From: an uncultured Trueperaceae bacterium
Lineage (GTDB): Bacteria > Deinococcota > Deinococci > Deinococcales > Trueperaceae
DNA: 64,000 bases
Reading direction: 5' to 3'
Assembly (NCBI GenBank): GCA_963799485.1
Contig: CAWCXJ010000007.1
Location: 160,001-224,000 of the forward strand
Shown here: positions 36,019 to 46,148 of the stretch, one piece after another
Numbering within the stretch: the stretch's first letter is position 1
Layout: each line of letters starts with the position of its first letter
Position numbers and translations under genes: made by a program
The notes under the pieces: model-generated
Told to the model about the DNA's origin: nothing
What the model saw: only the letters and a program-made list of their open reading frames with translations
Databases searched by the model: none

Positions 36019-38337
36019 GTGACTACCGAGCGCAAGCCGCTTAATCTCCTCGTCGGGCCACCGGGTTCGGGCAAAACCACAAGGCTTTTAGAGGTAGCGC
36101 TTACTGCCACCCGCGCCGGAAAACGGGTGTGGTGGGTCGGCCTGCCGAGTCAGCGGAGTTACGTGTACACCCGCGCGACGGTGCAGGGCGCGGTGTTGGG
36201 GCTCGAGTTCCTCTCTTCACAGCAGGTCTACTACCGGCTGTTAGCAGCGGCGCTCAAACTCAAACCGCTGTTAGTTGGGACAGGTCGGATTGCGCTCGTG
36301 GGTGAAGCGCTCCTTACCTGCTACGGCGAACTGCCCGCTCCGGGCGAAGCGCGGCTTTTTACCCGGGCGATTGCCGAGGCCAAACGCTACGGTTTAGAGC
36401 CCCAAACGCTGCCGCAAACCGACCGCGAAAGCGAACGGCTCCGTGAGGTTTTTGCGGTGTATGAACGCATCAAGGGCGAACGCTGGGACTACGACGACTT
36501 CCGCCGTGAAGCGTTCGTGCTGGCGAGTCAAGCTACCGTAAAACCTGAAGCCGACCTCATTATCATCGACGGCTTTCGGGAAGTGGGGCCGCTCGAGCTG
36601 GGTCTTTACACAGCGCTTTCGCGGCAAACCGAGGTGTGGCTGTCGCTGCCCGAAGCGCCGCCGGGTTTTACGGCAACCCAAATGCTACCGCCGCGCCCCT
36701 CGTCCCACACGGTTGTGCATCACGCCGCCAACCCGGTTGCCGAAGCGCGCTGGGTGCTGCGTTCCCTTAAACGCGACCTCGCCGAAGGGGCCGACCCGCT
36801 CTCGCTGGCGGTCATTTTGCCCGAAGGAGAGGTGCGGGCGTTTGCTGTCTTAGCCGACGAATACGGCGTCCCGCTGATGGACGAGACGCCCAAAGCGCTC
36901 GCCGACACACCGGGCGGACGGCTGCTTTTGGATTTGCTCGAGTTACCCGACTACCCGACGCCGTCGCGCCTATTAGCCATTCCCGAACTTATCCCGCTGG
37001 CGAACGCGGCTCTGAAACGAAACCTGGGCGGACGCGAGGCGCTTTCGCTTTTGGCTAAAGAATTGGGTTTGGAGCGGCCCTTACTGTTCTGGCTGGCGCG
37101 GCTCGAGACCCCCGGAGACGAACTCGCGTGGGCTAGAGAACTCCTCGACAGCCTGCCCGAACTCACCCAACGCTCGCCGGAACGCGGTTGGGACGGCTTC
37201 AAGGCGCACGCGCTCGAGCGGGCCAAAGAAGCCGCGCAACTTGCTCGGGGGCCGCAATTTCGGGCGTGGTGGGGTGCATTGTTGCAAGAGACGGCGGTGT
37301 TCGACCGGCCCAAAGGGGGCGTGGCGCTCTTGACACCGAACCTCGCGTCGGGGCGGCGGTTTCGGCGGGCGTATCTGTTACGGGCGCTCGAGGGCGTCTA
37401 CAACGCCGGTGAACGCGAAGATTATTTTGTCCCGGAAGAGTCGCGAAGTAGTTTGGAAAGCGTTTTTGAGCGTTTCGGACTCCCCAAACGCTTTTTGGGC
37501 CGTGACCCCGTGCTTCTAGAAGAGCTGCAAACTCGAGCCGACGAGGTTGTCATCCTCTACCCCGAAGCCGACCAGGGCGGGCCGAGGGTCGCCGAAGTGT
37601 CCCTTACCCGTGACGCGCTGCCCCTGAGCGAGCTGCCTGCCGGGAGTGTGCTCGAGGCGGGCAAACGCAGCCGTTTCAGCGCTACTGTCACGCCGGTGTC
37701 GCTCAAACGGGCGAGTGTCAAGCAGTTGTCACGTTTTGAGACCTGCGGCTTTCGCTTTTGGGCGGAGCGCTTTACCGAGTTTGAGCAGGTCTGGTGGCGT
37801 GAGCTGATTCACGAGTTCAGAACCTATGAACGGCTGAACGGGGCGAGGCTGGGGTCGCTGCACGCAGCTTTTCCGGGCGCGGCCTCGTGGTTGGACGAGG
37901 TGGAGGCTACGCTTTTGCCGCTGACGTTCGGCTATATGCTCACCAGCTTCGATGACGGCCCTTATGCCTACCTTGATGCGGTCGGGCGGAGCGGCGACAC
38001 GTACCGCGTATATACCTTTACCGAACCGGGTGAGCTGAGCGCCGCCGACGCCAAGCGCTTCGTTGAGCGGAGCGGGCGCTTGCATGAGCTCTGGGCCGCA
38101 GCAGAACTTTTTACGCGCGGCGCGGCGTCCGTTGAACTTTACGTCTGGCCGGTGCTGGGTCGTCCGGTTGCCGCTTACGACGCGGGTGTGACGAGGCCGA
38201 CGCGGGCGATGGTTGGGCGGCAGCAGCAGGCGGCCCGCCTTCATGAGCGTTTTACGGCAGGGGAGATGCAGCCCAAACCCGGTTTCGGCTGCCGTGAGTG
38301 CGGCGTCTTCGACCTCTGCCGGGTCGGGACGAGATAG
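36019..38337 (+). CDS. addB: AddB-like helicase/nuclease subunit
   Basis: N-terminal GPPGSGKTT, single Cys (TCGF) plus terminal CRECGVFDLC Fe-S staple; directly upstream of an AddA-like gene. Confidence 0.75.
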   Translation: MTTERKPLNLLVGPPGSGKTTRLLEVALTATRAGKRVWWVGLPSQRSYVYTRATVQGAVLGLEFLSSQQVYYRLLAAALKLKPLLVGTGRIALVGEALLTCYGELPAPGEARLFTRAIAEAKRYGLEPQTLPQTDRESERLREVFAVYERIKGERWDYDDFRREAFVLASQATVKPEADLIIIDGFREVGPLELGLYTALSRQTEVWLSLPEAPPGFTATQMLPPRPSSHTVVHHAANPVAEARWVLRSLKRDLAEGADPLSLAVILPEGEVRAFAVLADEYGVPLMDETPKALADTPGGRLLLDLLELPDYPTPSRLLAIPELIPLANAALKRNLGGREALSLLAKELGLERPLLFWLARLETPGDELAWARELLDSLPELTQRSPERGWDGFKAHALERAKEAAQLARGPQFRAWWGALLQETAVFDRPKGGVALLTPNLASGRRFRRAYLLRALEGVYNAGEREDYFVPEESRSSLESVFERFGLPKRFLGRDPVLLEELQTRADEVVILYPEADQGGPRVAEVSLTRDALPLSELPAGSVLEAGKRSRFSATVTPVSLKRASVKQLSRFETCGFRFWAERFTEFEQVWWRELIHEFRTYERLNGARLGSLHAAFPGAASWLDEVEATLLPLTFGYMLTSFDDGPYAYLDAVGRSGDTYRVYTFTEPGELSAADAKRFVERSGRLHELWAAAELFTRGAASVELYVWPVLGRPVAAYDAGVTRPTRAMVGRQQQAARLHERFTAGEMQPKPGFGCRECGVFDLCRVGTR

Positions 38338-38338
38338 C

Positions 38339-41071
38339 GTGAAAGTCCGAGTTGCCTCCGCCGGAACCGGTAAAACGACGAGTTTAGTAAGGCGTTACCT
38401 CGAGCTGACCCAAGCCGGCGTCCCGCTCCGCCGAATTGCCGGGGTGACGTTTACGAACGCCGCCGCCGCCGAGTTGCGGCAGCGCGTCGGAGCCGGAGTG
38501 CGCGAGGCACTCGCTACGGACAGCTACCTCGACCTGAGTTTTACGGCGGACGACAAGCCGAGGTTGGCGGCTGCCGAACGCGAACTCGGCGGCGCGACCT
38601 TAAACACCATTCACGGCTTTATGGGCGGGGCGCTCCGTTTGACCGCGCCGCTGCTGGGTCTAGACCCCGACTTTAGCGTTTTGGGCGAGTGGGAAGGCAC
38701 CGCATTGTTCGAGGAGGAGTTGAAAACGCTCCTCTACCTCGCTGCAAGTCCACAGCATGGGCTTTATAGCACTGTGCAACGAGCAGGTCGAGATGCCTAT
38801 GAGTTGACGCTTAAACTCTTTCGCTCACGCTCACTTGCAGAGCAGTACAGCGCCGATAAAGCCAACGCTGAAGAGGTCGCGGTCGTCGCTCTGTTCGACG
38901 CGGTGTACGCCCGTTACCGGGTACGGCTGGGGGCGAAACTCCTCACCCCATCCGAGGTCGAGCGGCGGGCGCTGACCCTGATTCGGCATCCGGAAGCCTT
39001 GAAACGCTTGACGAGCCGCTATCAGGTTTTACTCGTAGACGAGTTTCAAGATGTCAACCCGCTGCAAGGTGCGTTTTTCCGGGCGCTCGAGCACGGCGGC
39101 CTGCAAACCGAAGTCGTCGGCGACCCCAAACAATCCATCTACGGCTTTCGTCACGCGGATGTCGAGGTATTCCGGGCGGCGCTTGCGACCGGCGAGGTGC
39201 AACCGCCGCTGGACGAAACGCGCCGTCACGCCGTCGTAATCAACCGGTTCTTAAACCACCTGACGCGCAGTTTTGCCGAACGGGAGTGGGGGTTTTCCGC
39301 ACTCGAGGCTCCCGAAGTCACCCCCGTCGGCCCACAAGGGGAGAAAACCGGGCGCGTCGAACTGCACTGGGTCACGGGGTCGGTGCCGGTCGGCGAGTTG
39401 CGGGCGTATGAGGCGCAGGTGCTGGCCTCACGTCTTGCCGACTTGAGTAGAGATTACGCGCCGCACGAGATGGCCGTTTTGGCCAAATCGCACGCGGGGC
39501 TCGGGCTTATCGAGACGGCGCTCCGTGAGATGGGTTTGCCGAGCGTCTTGCTGCAAGGGCGCGGCTACTACGAACGCCGCGAGATTCGTGACCTCTACCA
39601 CGCGCTGCAAGTGGGACTCGAGCCGAGCGGTTACAGCCTCGCAGTCTGGCTCAGAAGCCCGTTTGCCGGGTTGACGATGCCTCAGATTGACGACGTGATG
39701 GGGGCCGAAAGGCCGCTCGAGCGGCTCGAGCTGGACTTTCCCGAAACATTCGCGCGGCTGGGGCGCATCCGTGAAGCCGTCCGGACGCCGCCGCTCACCG
39801 CCCTCAAAACCCTGATTCGGGAACCGTTTTTGGGCGGACAACGTTATGTGGACTTTTTAGAACCACGCGCACGCGAAAATGTAGACGCCCTGTTATTTAC
39901 CTTTGCCGGTAGGCCGCCGCAAGAAGTTGGGGTGCTTTTGGAGCGCCTGGAGCGCCTCAGCCGTCAGACCGATGCGGGCGACGTGCCGCAGCGCGGGAGC
40001 GGCGTCAAGCTGCTGACGGTTCACAGCGCCAAGGGGCTCGAGTGGCCCGTCGTCGCCGTGTTCGATACCGGGCGGATGAACCGCGTCCAGAGTGAAACGC
40101 TCTACGTTGCTCCGGCAGGGGGCCGGGTTGCGCTTAGGGGCAGCGCGGCTTACGACGAGGTGAAGGGGCAGCTTACTGAACGCGAAGCGGGGGAGAGCTA
40201 CCGACTCCTCTACGTCGCCGCGTCGCGGGCCAGAGACGTGTTGCTTTTGTCCGGCAGCGTCAAGGACGAGCGCCCTTCAGGGTGGGCCAAAGCCCTATCC
40301 GACATCGGTTTTGGCCCGGACGCGCGGCCTTATACGCGCCCCGATTTCGTCCTTAAAGCTTGGCCCGTACAGGCGACTGCGCCTGTGCAGGGCGTAACGG
40401 CTGAGGTCTCAGGGTTACAGGTTGCGCCCTGGACACGCCGAACGTTTCCTCATTTACGGCACGCGCCGGTGTCGTCGCCGTCTTCACTCAAACGCGACGC
40501 CGAAACACACGAACCGCTGCCCGTCACCGACCCCGATGAGGGCGAACGCCTGCCCGGACGGGCGCGCACGGTTGGAACGCTCGTTCACTACGCGATTTCA
40601 CAAAACTGGTCGGCAGAGAACCCGGTTCACCTGGAGAACTTGCGGGCGCAAGAGGTGATGTTCCCTTTTAGCGAAGCTGAAAAAAGTGACGTCGTTGCCG
40701 AGGTCGCCGGACTGCTCGCTACTTACGAAAAGATGCTCGGTCATGAGCTTCCGGCGCTTGCCGAGCGCAGCAAAGACCACGCCGAGGTGCCGCTGGCCTT
40801 GCCGCACGGCGGGACGGTCTGGCAGGGTATCATCGACCGGTTTTACTGTGCGGACGGGGTATGGTACTTAGAAGACTACAAAACCGACCGCGAAGTCGTG
40901 CCGGAACACTACACCTTTCAGCTGGCCTTGTACGCTCGAGTCTTGCACCAAGTCAGGGGCATTACGCCGGTAGTGCAGCTCGTTTATCTGCGTGCAGAGC
41001 GGGTCGTTACGGTGCCGTTAGGGGTGCTCGAGGCTGCCTTCGACGAAACGCTCGCGGTTCCCGTCGGCTAG
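38339..41071 (+). CDS. addA: AddA-like UvrD helicase with C-terminal PD-(D/E)xK nuclease
   Basis: ASAGTGKT, VDEFQD, VGDPKQSIYGFR, TVHSAKGLEW, YVAASRA, GIIDR..EDYKT..QLALY; start GTG 38339. Confidence 0.85.
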   Translation: MKVRVASAGTGKTTSLVRRYLELTQAGVPLRRIAGVTFTNAAAAELRQRVGAGVREALATDSYLDLSFTADDKPRLAAAERELGGATLNTIHGFMGGALRLTAPLLGLDPDFSVLGEWEGTALFEEELKTLLYLAASPQHGLYSTVQRAGRDAYELTLKLFRSRSLAEQYSADKANAEEVAVVALFDAVYARYRVRLGAKLLTPSEVERRALTLIRHPEALKRLTSRYQVLLVDEFQDVNPLQGAFFRALEHGGLQTEVVGDPKQSIYGFRHADVEVFRAALATGEVQPPLDETRRHAVVINRFLNHLTRSFAEREWGFSALEAPEVTPVGPQGEKTGRVELHWVTGSVPVGELRAYEAQVLASRLADLSRDYAPHEMAVLAKSHAGLGLIETALREMGLPSVLLQGRGYYERREIRDLYHALQVGLEPSGYSLAVWLRSPFAGLTMPQIDDVMGAERPLERLELDFPETFARLGRIREAVRTPPLTALKTLIREPFLGGQRYVDFLEPRARENVDALLFTFAGRPPQEVGVLLERLERLSRQTDAGDVPQRGSGVKLLTVHSAKGLEWPVVAVFDTGRMNRVQSETLYVAPAGGRVALRGSAAYDEVKGQLTEREAGESYRLLYVAASRARDVLLLSGSVKDERPSGWAKALSDIGFGPDARPYTRPDFVLKAWPVQATAPVQGVTAEVSGLQVAPWTRRTFPHLRHAPVSSPSSLKRDAETHEPLPVTDPDEGERLPGRARTVGTLVHYAISQNWSAENPVHLENLRAQEVMFPFSEAEKSDVVAEVAGLLATYEKMLGHELPALAERSKDHAEVPLALPHGGTVWQGIIDRFYCADGVWYLEDYKTDREVVPEHYTFQLALYARVLHQVRGITPVVQLVYLRAERVVTVPLGVLEAAFDETLAVPVG

Positions 41072-41081
41072 ACCGTTGTTT

Positions 41082-41984
41082 TTACGGCGACGAGACCGCC
41101 ACGTAACCACGTACCGGGCGGTTAGCCGAATTGCCGAGCCCGTCGGTAGCCCTAGCCCGGAAAACGTAGGCAAACTCGTTCCCTGAACCGGGCAAGTCGC
41201 TGATGTTGCGCGCGTTTTCGGCGACGCGGATAGGAAATACGCAGCGCACAGTGGTTGGGAGTAAACCTATGCGGCAATCTCCGGTCGGCGCGCCGACAAT
41301 TGAAAAGGGCGGCCTGTCGGGGGAAATCTCTCCGGCGAGACCTTCCGGGCGACCGTTGACCAAAAGGGGTGAGACCCTAGCGATGCCGTCGGGGTCGCTA
41401 AACATGACCTCGAGATAAAACTCGCCCCCCGGTGCGACTTTAAGGACGCGGTTGTCGTCTCGGCTTTCGATTCCGCCGGCCTCATCGTTGACAAACGGCC
41501 CGTTGGGTCTCAAGCTGACGCCCAGGGTTCCTTCGGGAGCTTCTGCGGCGCTGTCACCCTCACCACCACTTGCTGCGCTACTAGAACCTGCGCCACCGGA
41601 CGCTCCCCCGGAAGCTGCACTGCCGCCGACGCTCGCTACGCCCCTTACTTCGACCTGCCGCGTCTGCTGAACGCTCCCGAGGCGGTTTTGGGCAATAAGT
41701 GTGTAAGTTGTAGAAATAGTGGGTTTCAAGCTTACCGACGAACCCGAATAGGTTGAGGCGGTTTCTGCATCCTCCGAGAGAAGCCGCGCCGCGTCGGTTC
41801 CGGCTAGTTGCCACGACAGCGTTACAGGTTCACCGCTCGTAATGACGGGGCTCGAGACGCTAAAAGCCTTAATCTCCGGCAGAGCCGAACCCGCTACCAC
41901 CGGAAATCTCGCATAACCGAGCCCGCCCGCAACCACAGCGAGCAACATCAGCCGAAACCATCTTGTCGTAAAAGCCTTTTTCAC
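41082..41984 (-). CDS. Secreted hypothetical protein with Ig-like domain and Gly/Ser linker
   Basis: GAGGAG SD, signal peptide, I..FS..SP.I..G..VTLSW...TTYTL.A.N..G pattern. Confidence 0.75.
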   Translation of the reverse strand: MKKAFTTRWFRLMLLAVVAGGLGYARFPVVAGSALPEIKAFSVSSPVITSGEPVTLSWQLAGTDAARLLSEDAETASTYSGSSVSLKPTISTTYTLIAQNRLGSVQQTRQVEVRGVASVGGSAASGGASGGAGSSSAASGGEGDSAAEAPEGTLGVSLRPNGPFVNDEAGGIESRDDNRVLKVAPGGEFYLEVMFSDPDGIARVSPLLVNGRPEGLAGEISPDRPPFSIVGAPTGDCRIGLLPTTVRCVFPIRVAENARNISDLPGSGNEFAYVFRARATDGLGNSANRPVRGYVAVSSP

Positions 41985-42109
41985 CTTGTCTCCTCGGCTA
42001 GCGTCACTATAACTTGAAGTTTGACCTCTCGAGGGGCTATACTAGCAAGGTTTTGCCCGCGAGGGCTTCTTAACGGTACTGTAAAATTTGCGAAACTGAG
42101 GTGCAGAGC

Positions 42110-42586
42110 ATGAACTACAACAAAGGCGCGATTTTGCGCGCTATCGAGCAGCCTTTTCTCAAGGACAACCTGCCCGAGTTCGATACCGGAGATACCGTAC
42201 GCGTCGATTACCGCGTTTCGGAGGGCAACCGCAGCCGCATTCAGGCATTCGAAGGGGTCGTCATCGCCCGCAACAACGGCAAACAGGGTGCGCGCGCGAC
42301 CTTTACCGTTCGCAAGATGAGTTTTGGAACGGGCGTCGAACGTATCTTTCCGCTGCATTCGCCGCTGATTAGCGCTTTGAGCGTGGTGCGCCGTGGTCGC
42401 ACGCGCCGCGCTAAACTCTACTACCTGCGCGACCTGCGCGGTAAAGCAGCGCGCCTTAAAACCGACGTGACCCGCCAAGAGGTCGATCGCGCCGCCTTCC
42501 GCGCCACGCGTGACGAGAAAAAACAGCGCGCCCAGGCCGCGTCTGCAGAGGCAAACGAAGCCGCTGCGGAGCCAACCCAAAGCTAG
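42110..42586 (+). CDS. rplS: 50S ribosomal protein L19
   Basis: [32 protein letters not shown]. Confidence 0.97.
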   Translation: MNYNKGAILRAIEQPFLKDNLPEFDTGDTVRVDYRVSEGNRSRIQAFEGVVIARNNGKQGARATFTVRKMSFGTGVERIFPLHSPLISALSVVRRGRTRRAKLYYLRDLRGKAARLKTDVTRQEVDRAAFRATRDEKKQRAQAASAEANEAAAEPTQS

Positions 42587-42711
42587 CACAGCGCTGCTGT
42601 GGTTTGCCTGCGCTCCGCTAGAGTGAACGCTCGTTTGTTACGCTGTCGTTGACAGGGAGCAGGCAAACTCGTTAGTATGGTTGGGCTGGCATGGCTGTTA
42701 AAGCCGTTTTT

Positions 42712-42788
<77 letters not shown>

Positions 42789-42902
42789 AGCTGCTCGGCT
42801 GAGCAAAGTCCTGAGTCAAGGTTTGACAAAACCATGGCACTCGGGGCTTCGTCTTATGGTTACAAGTGCTAGACTTTTAACTTTTATGTTTCGGAGGACA
42901 TA

Positions 42903-43208
42903 ATGTTTGCAGTTATTCAAAGTGGGGGCAAGCAGTACAACGTCGCTGAAGGCGATGTGGTGCGGCTCGAGACCCTCGACGCAGAACCCGGTGAAACCGT
43001 CAAGCTAGACGTGATGATGTTGAGCGGGGATGAAGTCAAGGTCGGCGCCCCCTTAGTCGAAGGGGCAAGCGTCAAAGCCGAGGTCGTCGGTCACGGGCGC
43101 GGCAAAAAGCTCTATATCTACAAGTTCAAAGCCAAGTCGAACTACCGCCGTAAAACGGGGCACCGTCAGGGTTACACCGAAGTCCGCATCACCGCAATCG
43201 AGAGCTAG
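42903..43208 (+). CDS. rplU: 50S ribosomal protein L21
   Basis: MFAVIQSGGKQY, GHRQ. Confidence 0.98.
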   Translation: MFAVIQSGGKQYNVAEGDVVRLETLDAEPGETVKLDVMMLSGDEVKVGAPLVEGASVKAEVVGHGRGKKLYIYKFKAKSNYRRKTGHRQGYTEVRITAIES

Positions 43209-43241
43209 AGGTTAAAAGCCAAAAGGCATTAGGAGAACAAC

Positions 43242-43523
43242 ATGGCACATAAGAAGGGCGTAGGCAGCTCGAAAAACGGACGCGACAGCCAGTCGAAACG
43301 TCTAGGCGTCAAACGTTTCGAAGGTCAGCTCGTTCCGGCGGGCAACATTTTGGTACGGCAGCGCGGCAGCAAGTTCAAGCCCGGCTTAAACGTCGGTCAG
43401 GGGCGCGACTTTACGCTGTTTGCGCTCCGTGAAGGCGTCGTCAAATTTCATAATCGCGGCGTCAAGGGCCGGTTCATCAGCGTCGAAGCACAAACCCAAA
43501 CCGAGGCCATCGCAGCCGATTGA
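43242..43523 (+). CDS. rpmA: 50S ribosomal protein L27
   Basis: [16 protein letters not shown]. Confidence 0.98.
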   Translation: MAHKKGVGSSKNGRDSQSKRLGVKRFEGQLVPAGNILVRQRGSKFKPGLNVGQGRDFTLFALREGVVKFHNRGVKGRFISVEAQTQTEAIAAD

Positions 43524-43545
43524 GCTGCCTTTGCAAGTACATTCT

Positions 43546-43573
43546 GGCGCGGGCACCACGCTCGCGCCTTTTT
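43546..43573 (+). terminator. Intrinsic terminator after rpmA
   Basis: GGCGCGGGC-ACCAC-GCTCGCGCC then TTTTT. Confidence 0.75.
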
Positions 43574-43610
43574 GTTGAGTTATCAGGTTGTTAAGTTATC
43601 AGAGGTCGGG

Positions 43611-44942
43611 ATGCCGTTAAGAGACACGCTGACAATTACTGTACAAGGAGGCAAAGGCGGCGACGGCGGGATGTCGTTTTTACGCCTCAAATACATGCCC
43701 AAAGGCGGCCCTGACGGGGGGCACGGCGGGCACGGCGGCAGCGTCTGGTTAGAAGCCGTCGATGACGTGGCGTCGTTAGAGCGCCTCGTCAGCCGCCGTC
43801 ACTACAAAGGCGGTACCGGCGCACAGGGTGAAGGTCGCAACAAGGCCGGTAGGCAGGGCGAAGACCTCGTGCTAAATGTTCCAACCGGGACGCTGGCGCT
43901 CGACGCCGATACGGGTGAGCGGCTTGCCGATTTGCTGCACGTCGGCGAGCGGGCACTCGTTGCCCAGGGCGGGTTGGGCGGGCGCGGGAACGCCTCGTTC
44001 GCCTCGTCACTAAGGCGCACCCCGCGTTTTGCTGAAAAGGGCACGCCGGGGATTAAGCGGGAACTGCGGCTCGAGCTGCGCGTGATTGCCGATGTGGGGC
44101 TGGTCGGCTACCCGAACGCCGGTAAATCGAGCCTTTTGGCGGCCCTGTCAAACGCCAAACCGCAGATTGCGGCGTATCCGTTTACCACCCTAAGCCCGAA
44201 TTTGGGTATCGTCGAACGCGACCTGGAGCGCCTGACCTTAGCCGACATCCCCGGCATCATCGAGGGGGCGAGTGAAGGCAAAGGGTTGGGTCTCGAGTTT
44301 CTTCGGCACATCTCGCGCACCCGGCTGCTGGTCTTTGTTCTCGACATCGCCGAGGCTCCGGCGGAAAACCTCGAGGCTTTAAGGAGCGAACTGCGCGCTT
44401 ACGACCCAAGTTTACTGACGCTCCCGGCCCTGATTGCGCTCAACAAATGCGACGTCGCCGACCCGAGGGAAGTTGCCGAGGCGGTAGACGCGTTGACGCG
44501 TTTCGGCTTGCCGGTGCTGGCGATTTCGGCGCAAGAGCGTAAAGGTTTGGACGAGCTGCGCGGCGCACTCTTCGAGCTTTTACCCGAACGCACCGAGTTG
44601 ACGCCGCTCGAGCTGCCGCCGACTCGTGTCCACGTCGAGCCGGTCGTCGTTACGGCCTTACCGGACGGGGCCGGCTGGGAGGTATCGGGGTCGGAGATCA
44701 CGGCGGTCGTGTCGCGTTTCGACGCCAAAAACCGCGAAGCCGTCGCCTATTTGCAAAATCATTTTATGAACCTGGGCGTTTACAAACTCCTAAAACGTGC
44801 GGGCGCACAGGCCGGCGACGACGTATATATCGGCGAGGCTGCGTTTGAATACTTCGACGACGAAAAACCCCCAGTCGCGGCGGAAGCGGATTTTGTAAAG
44901 GCCGAAACCGAGCTAGAGGACGGTGTTCAGGACGAAGCTTAA
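43611..44942 (+). CDS. obgE: GTPase Obg/CgtA with C-terminal domain
   Basis: [27 protein letters not shown]; start ATG 43611 after GAGG. Confidence 0.97.
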   Translation: MPLRDTLTITVQGGKGGDGGMSFLRLKYMPKGGPDGGHGGHGGSVWLEAVDDVASLERLVSRRHYKGGTGAQGEGRNKAGRQGEDLVLNVPTGTLALDADTGERLADLLHVGERALVAQGGLGGRGNASFASSLRRTPRFAEKGTPGIKRELRLELRVIADVGLVGYPNAGKSSLLAALSNAKPQIAAYPFTTLSPNLGIVERDLERLTLADIPGIIEGASEGKGLGLEFLRHISRTRLLVFVLDIAEAPAENLEALRSELRAYDPSLLTLPALIALNKCDVADPREVAEAVDALTRFGLPVLAISAQERKGLDELRGALFELLPERTELTPLELPPTRVHVEPVVVTALPDGAGWEVSGSEITAVVSRFDAKNREAVAYLQNHFMNLGVYKLLKRAGAQAGDDVYIGEAAFEYFDDEKPPVAAEADFVKAETELEDGVQDEA

Positions 44943-44990
44943 ACTGCTGGTCATGGCTGGGTACACAGGCTTGTACATGTGTTGGCGCAG

Positions 44991-45566
44991 ATGCGTTTAG
45001 GGCTTTTTGGAGGGCGCTTCGACCCGGTTCATATAGGCCACTTGCTGGCGGCTCAGGAGGCTTTCGAGGCCTTAGGGCTCGACGAACTCTGGTTCATCCC
45101 GGCCAAGTCGCCGCCGCATAAACCCGCCGTGGCAAGCCCCGAAGACCGCCTGCAGATGCTCGTTTTGGCGACCCTGAGCAATCCGGCGTTTGTGGTGCAG
45201 GGCCTCGAGCTCGCTCGTCCCGGCCCTTCGTACACTTTTGATACGGTCTGCGAAATCAAAAGGTTGCGCCCGCGCGCTACCCTCTTCTTTATTGCCGGCA
45301 TAGACGCCGCTGCCGAGTTCGCCTCGTGGTACCGCGCCGAAGAACTCAGTACGTTAATAAACACTGTCGCGCTCGCACGTCCGGGGTATACTACAGCTGA
45401 CTTGGGGCCGCCCTTTCGGGGGCGTATCCAAACCCTGAATACGCGGCTTTGTGACGTCTCGAGTACCGAGGTTCGCAGCCGCTTAAGCCGCCACCGCAGT
45501 GTCCGTTACCTCGTTCCCGAGCTTGTGGAGACCTACCTTGACCGAACCGCTCTTTACCGTCAATAG
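44991..45566 (+). CDS. nadD: Nicotinate-nucleotide adenylyltransferase
   Basis: GGRFDPVHIGH, PPHK, SYT, VSSTEVR. Confidence 0.95.
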   Translation: MRLGLFGGRFDPVHIGHLLAAQEAFEALGLDELWFIPAKSPPHKPAVASPEDRLQMLVLATLSNPAFVVQGLELARPGPSYTFDTVCEIKRLRPRATLFFIAGIDAAAEFASWYRAEELSTLINTVALARPGYTTADLGPPFRGRIQTLNTRLCDVSSTEVRSRLSRHRSVRYLVPELVETYLDRTALYRQ

Positions 45567-46131
45567 CCCCTGCACCCGGCCCAGCATCGCGCCCTACTGC
45601 GCCCGCGTCAAAACACAGGTCTCGGCCCGGCGGTTCGAACACATCGTCCGCGTCGCCATCCTTACCGAAACGATTGCCCAGGCTAACGGGTTTTCCAGAG
45701 ACGAGGTGCGCGTCGCGAGTTTGGCGGCAGTCTTGCACGACGTTGCCCGTGACTTCTCAGCGGAGGAACTTTTTGCACTCGCACCGCCCGAAACGGATTT
45801 GGAGCGTCAACAACCGCTCGCCGTCCATGGTCGCGCGGGCCGTCGCCTGATTGAAACCTGGGGCGTCAGCGACGAACGCGTACTAGACGCCGTTGAAGGG
45901 CACGTGTTCGGGGTCTCGCACGGTAACCGTATCGGCATGGCGCTTTACATCGCCGACGTGTCCGAACCGGGGCGCGGCGTCAACGCCGATATTCGCGACC
46001 TCGCCATGCGGAACCTTTTTTGGGCGTATCAGCGGGCGGTCGCCAGCAAAGTCACCTACCTCCGCGCGCGGGGCAAGGCGGTTCACCCGGATACCCTCAG
46101 GGTCTACCGGGAGATTTGCGGCCCCGGCTGA
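45499..46131 (+). CDS. yqeK: YqeK-family HD hydrolase (Ap4A hydrolase-like)
   Basis: RFEH, LHDVAR, HG, ADVSEPGR; between nadD and LCP/rsfS; start uncertain. Confidence 0.85.
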   Translation: MSVTSFPSLWRPTLTEPLFTVNSPCTRPSIAPYCARVKTQVSARRFEHIVRVAILTETIAQANGFSRDEVRVASLAAVLHDVARDFSAEELFALAPPETDLERQQPLAVHGRAGRRLIETWGVSDERVLDAVEGHVFGVSHGNRIGMALYIADVSEPGRGVNADIRDLAMRNLFWAYQRAVASKVTYLRARGKAVHPDTLRVYREICGPG

Positions 46132-46148
46132 GCAGTCATGTCAATCCG

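Noticed and set aside
36019..41071. Helicase-nuclease pair as a defence system
   Set aside because: Domain order and motifs fit housekeeping AddAB; no island context.
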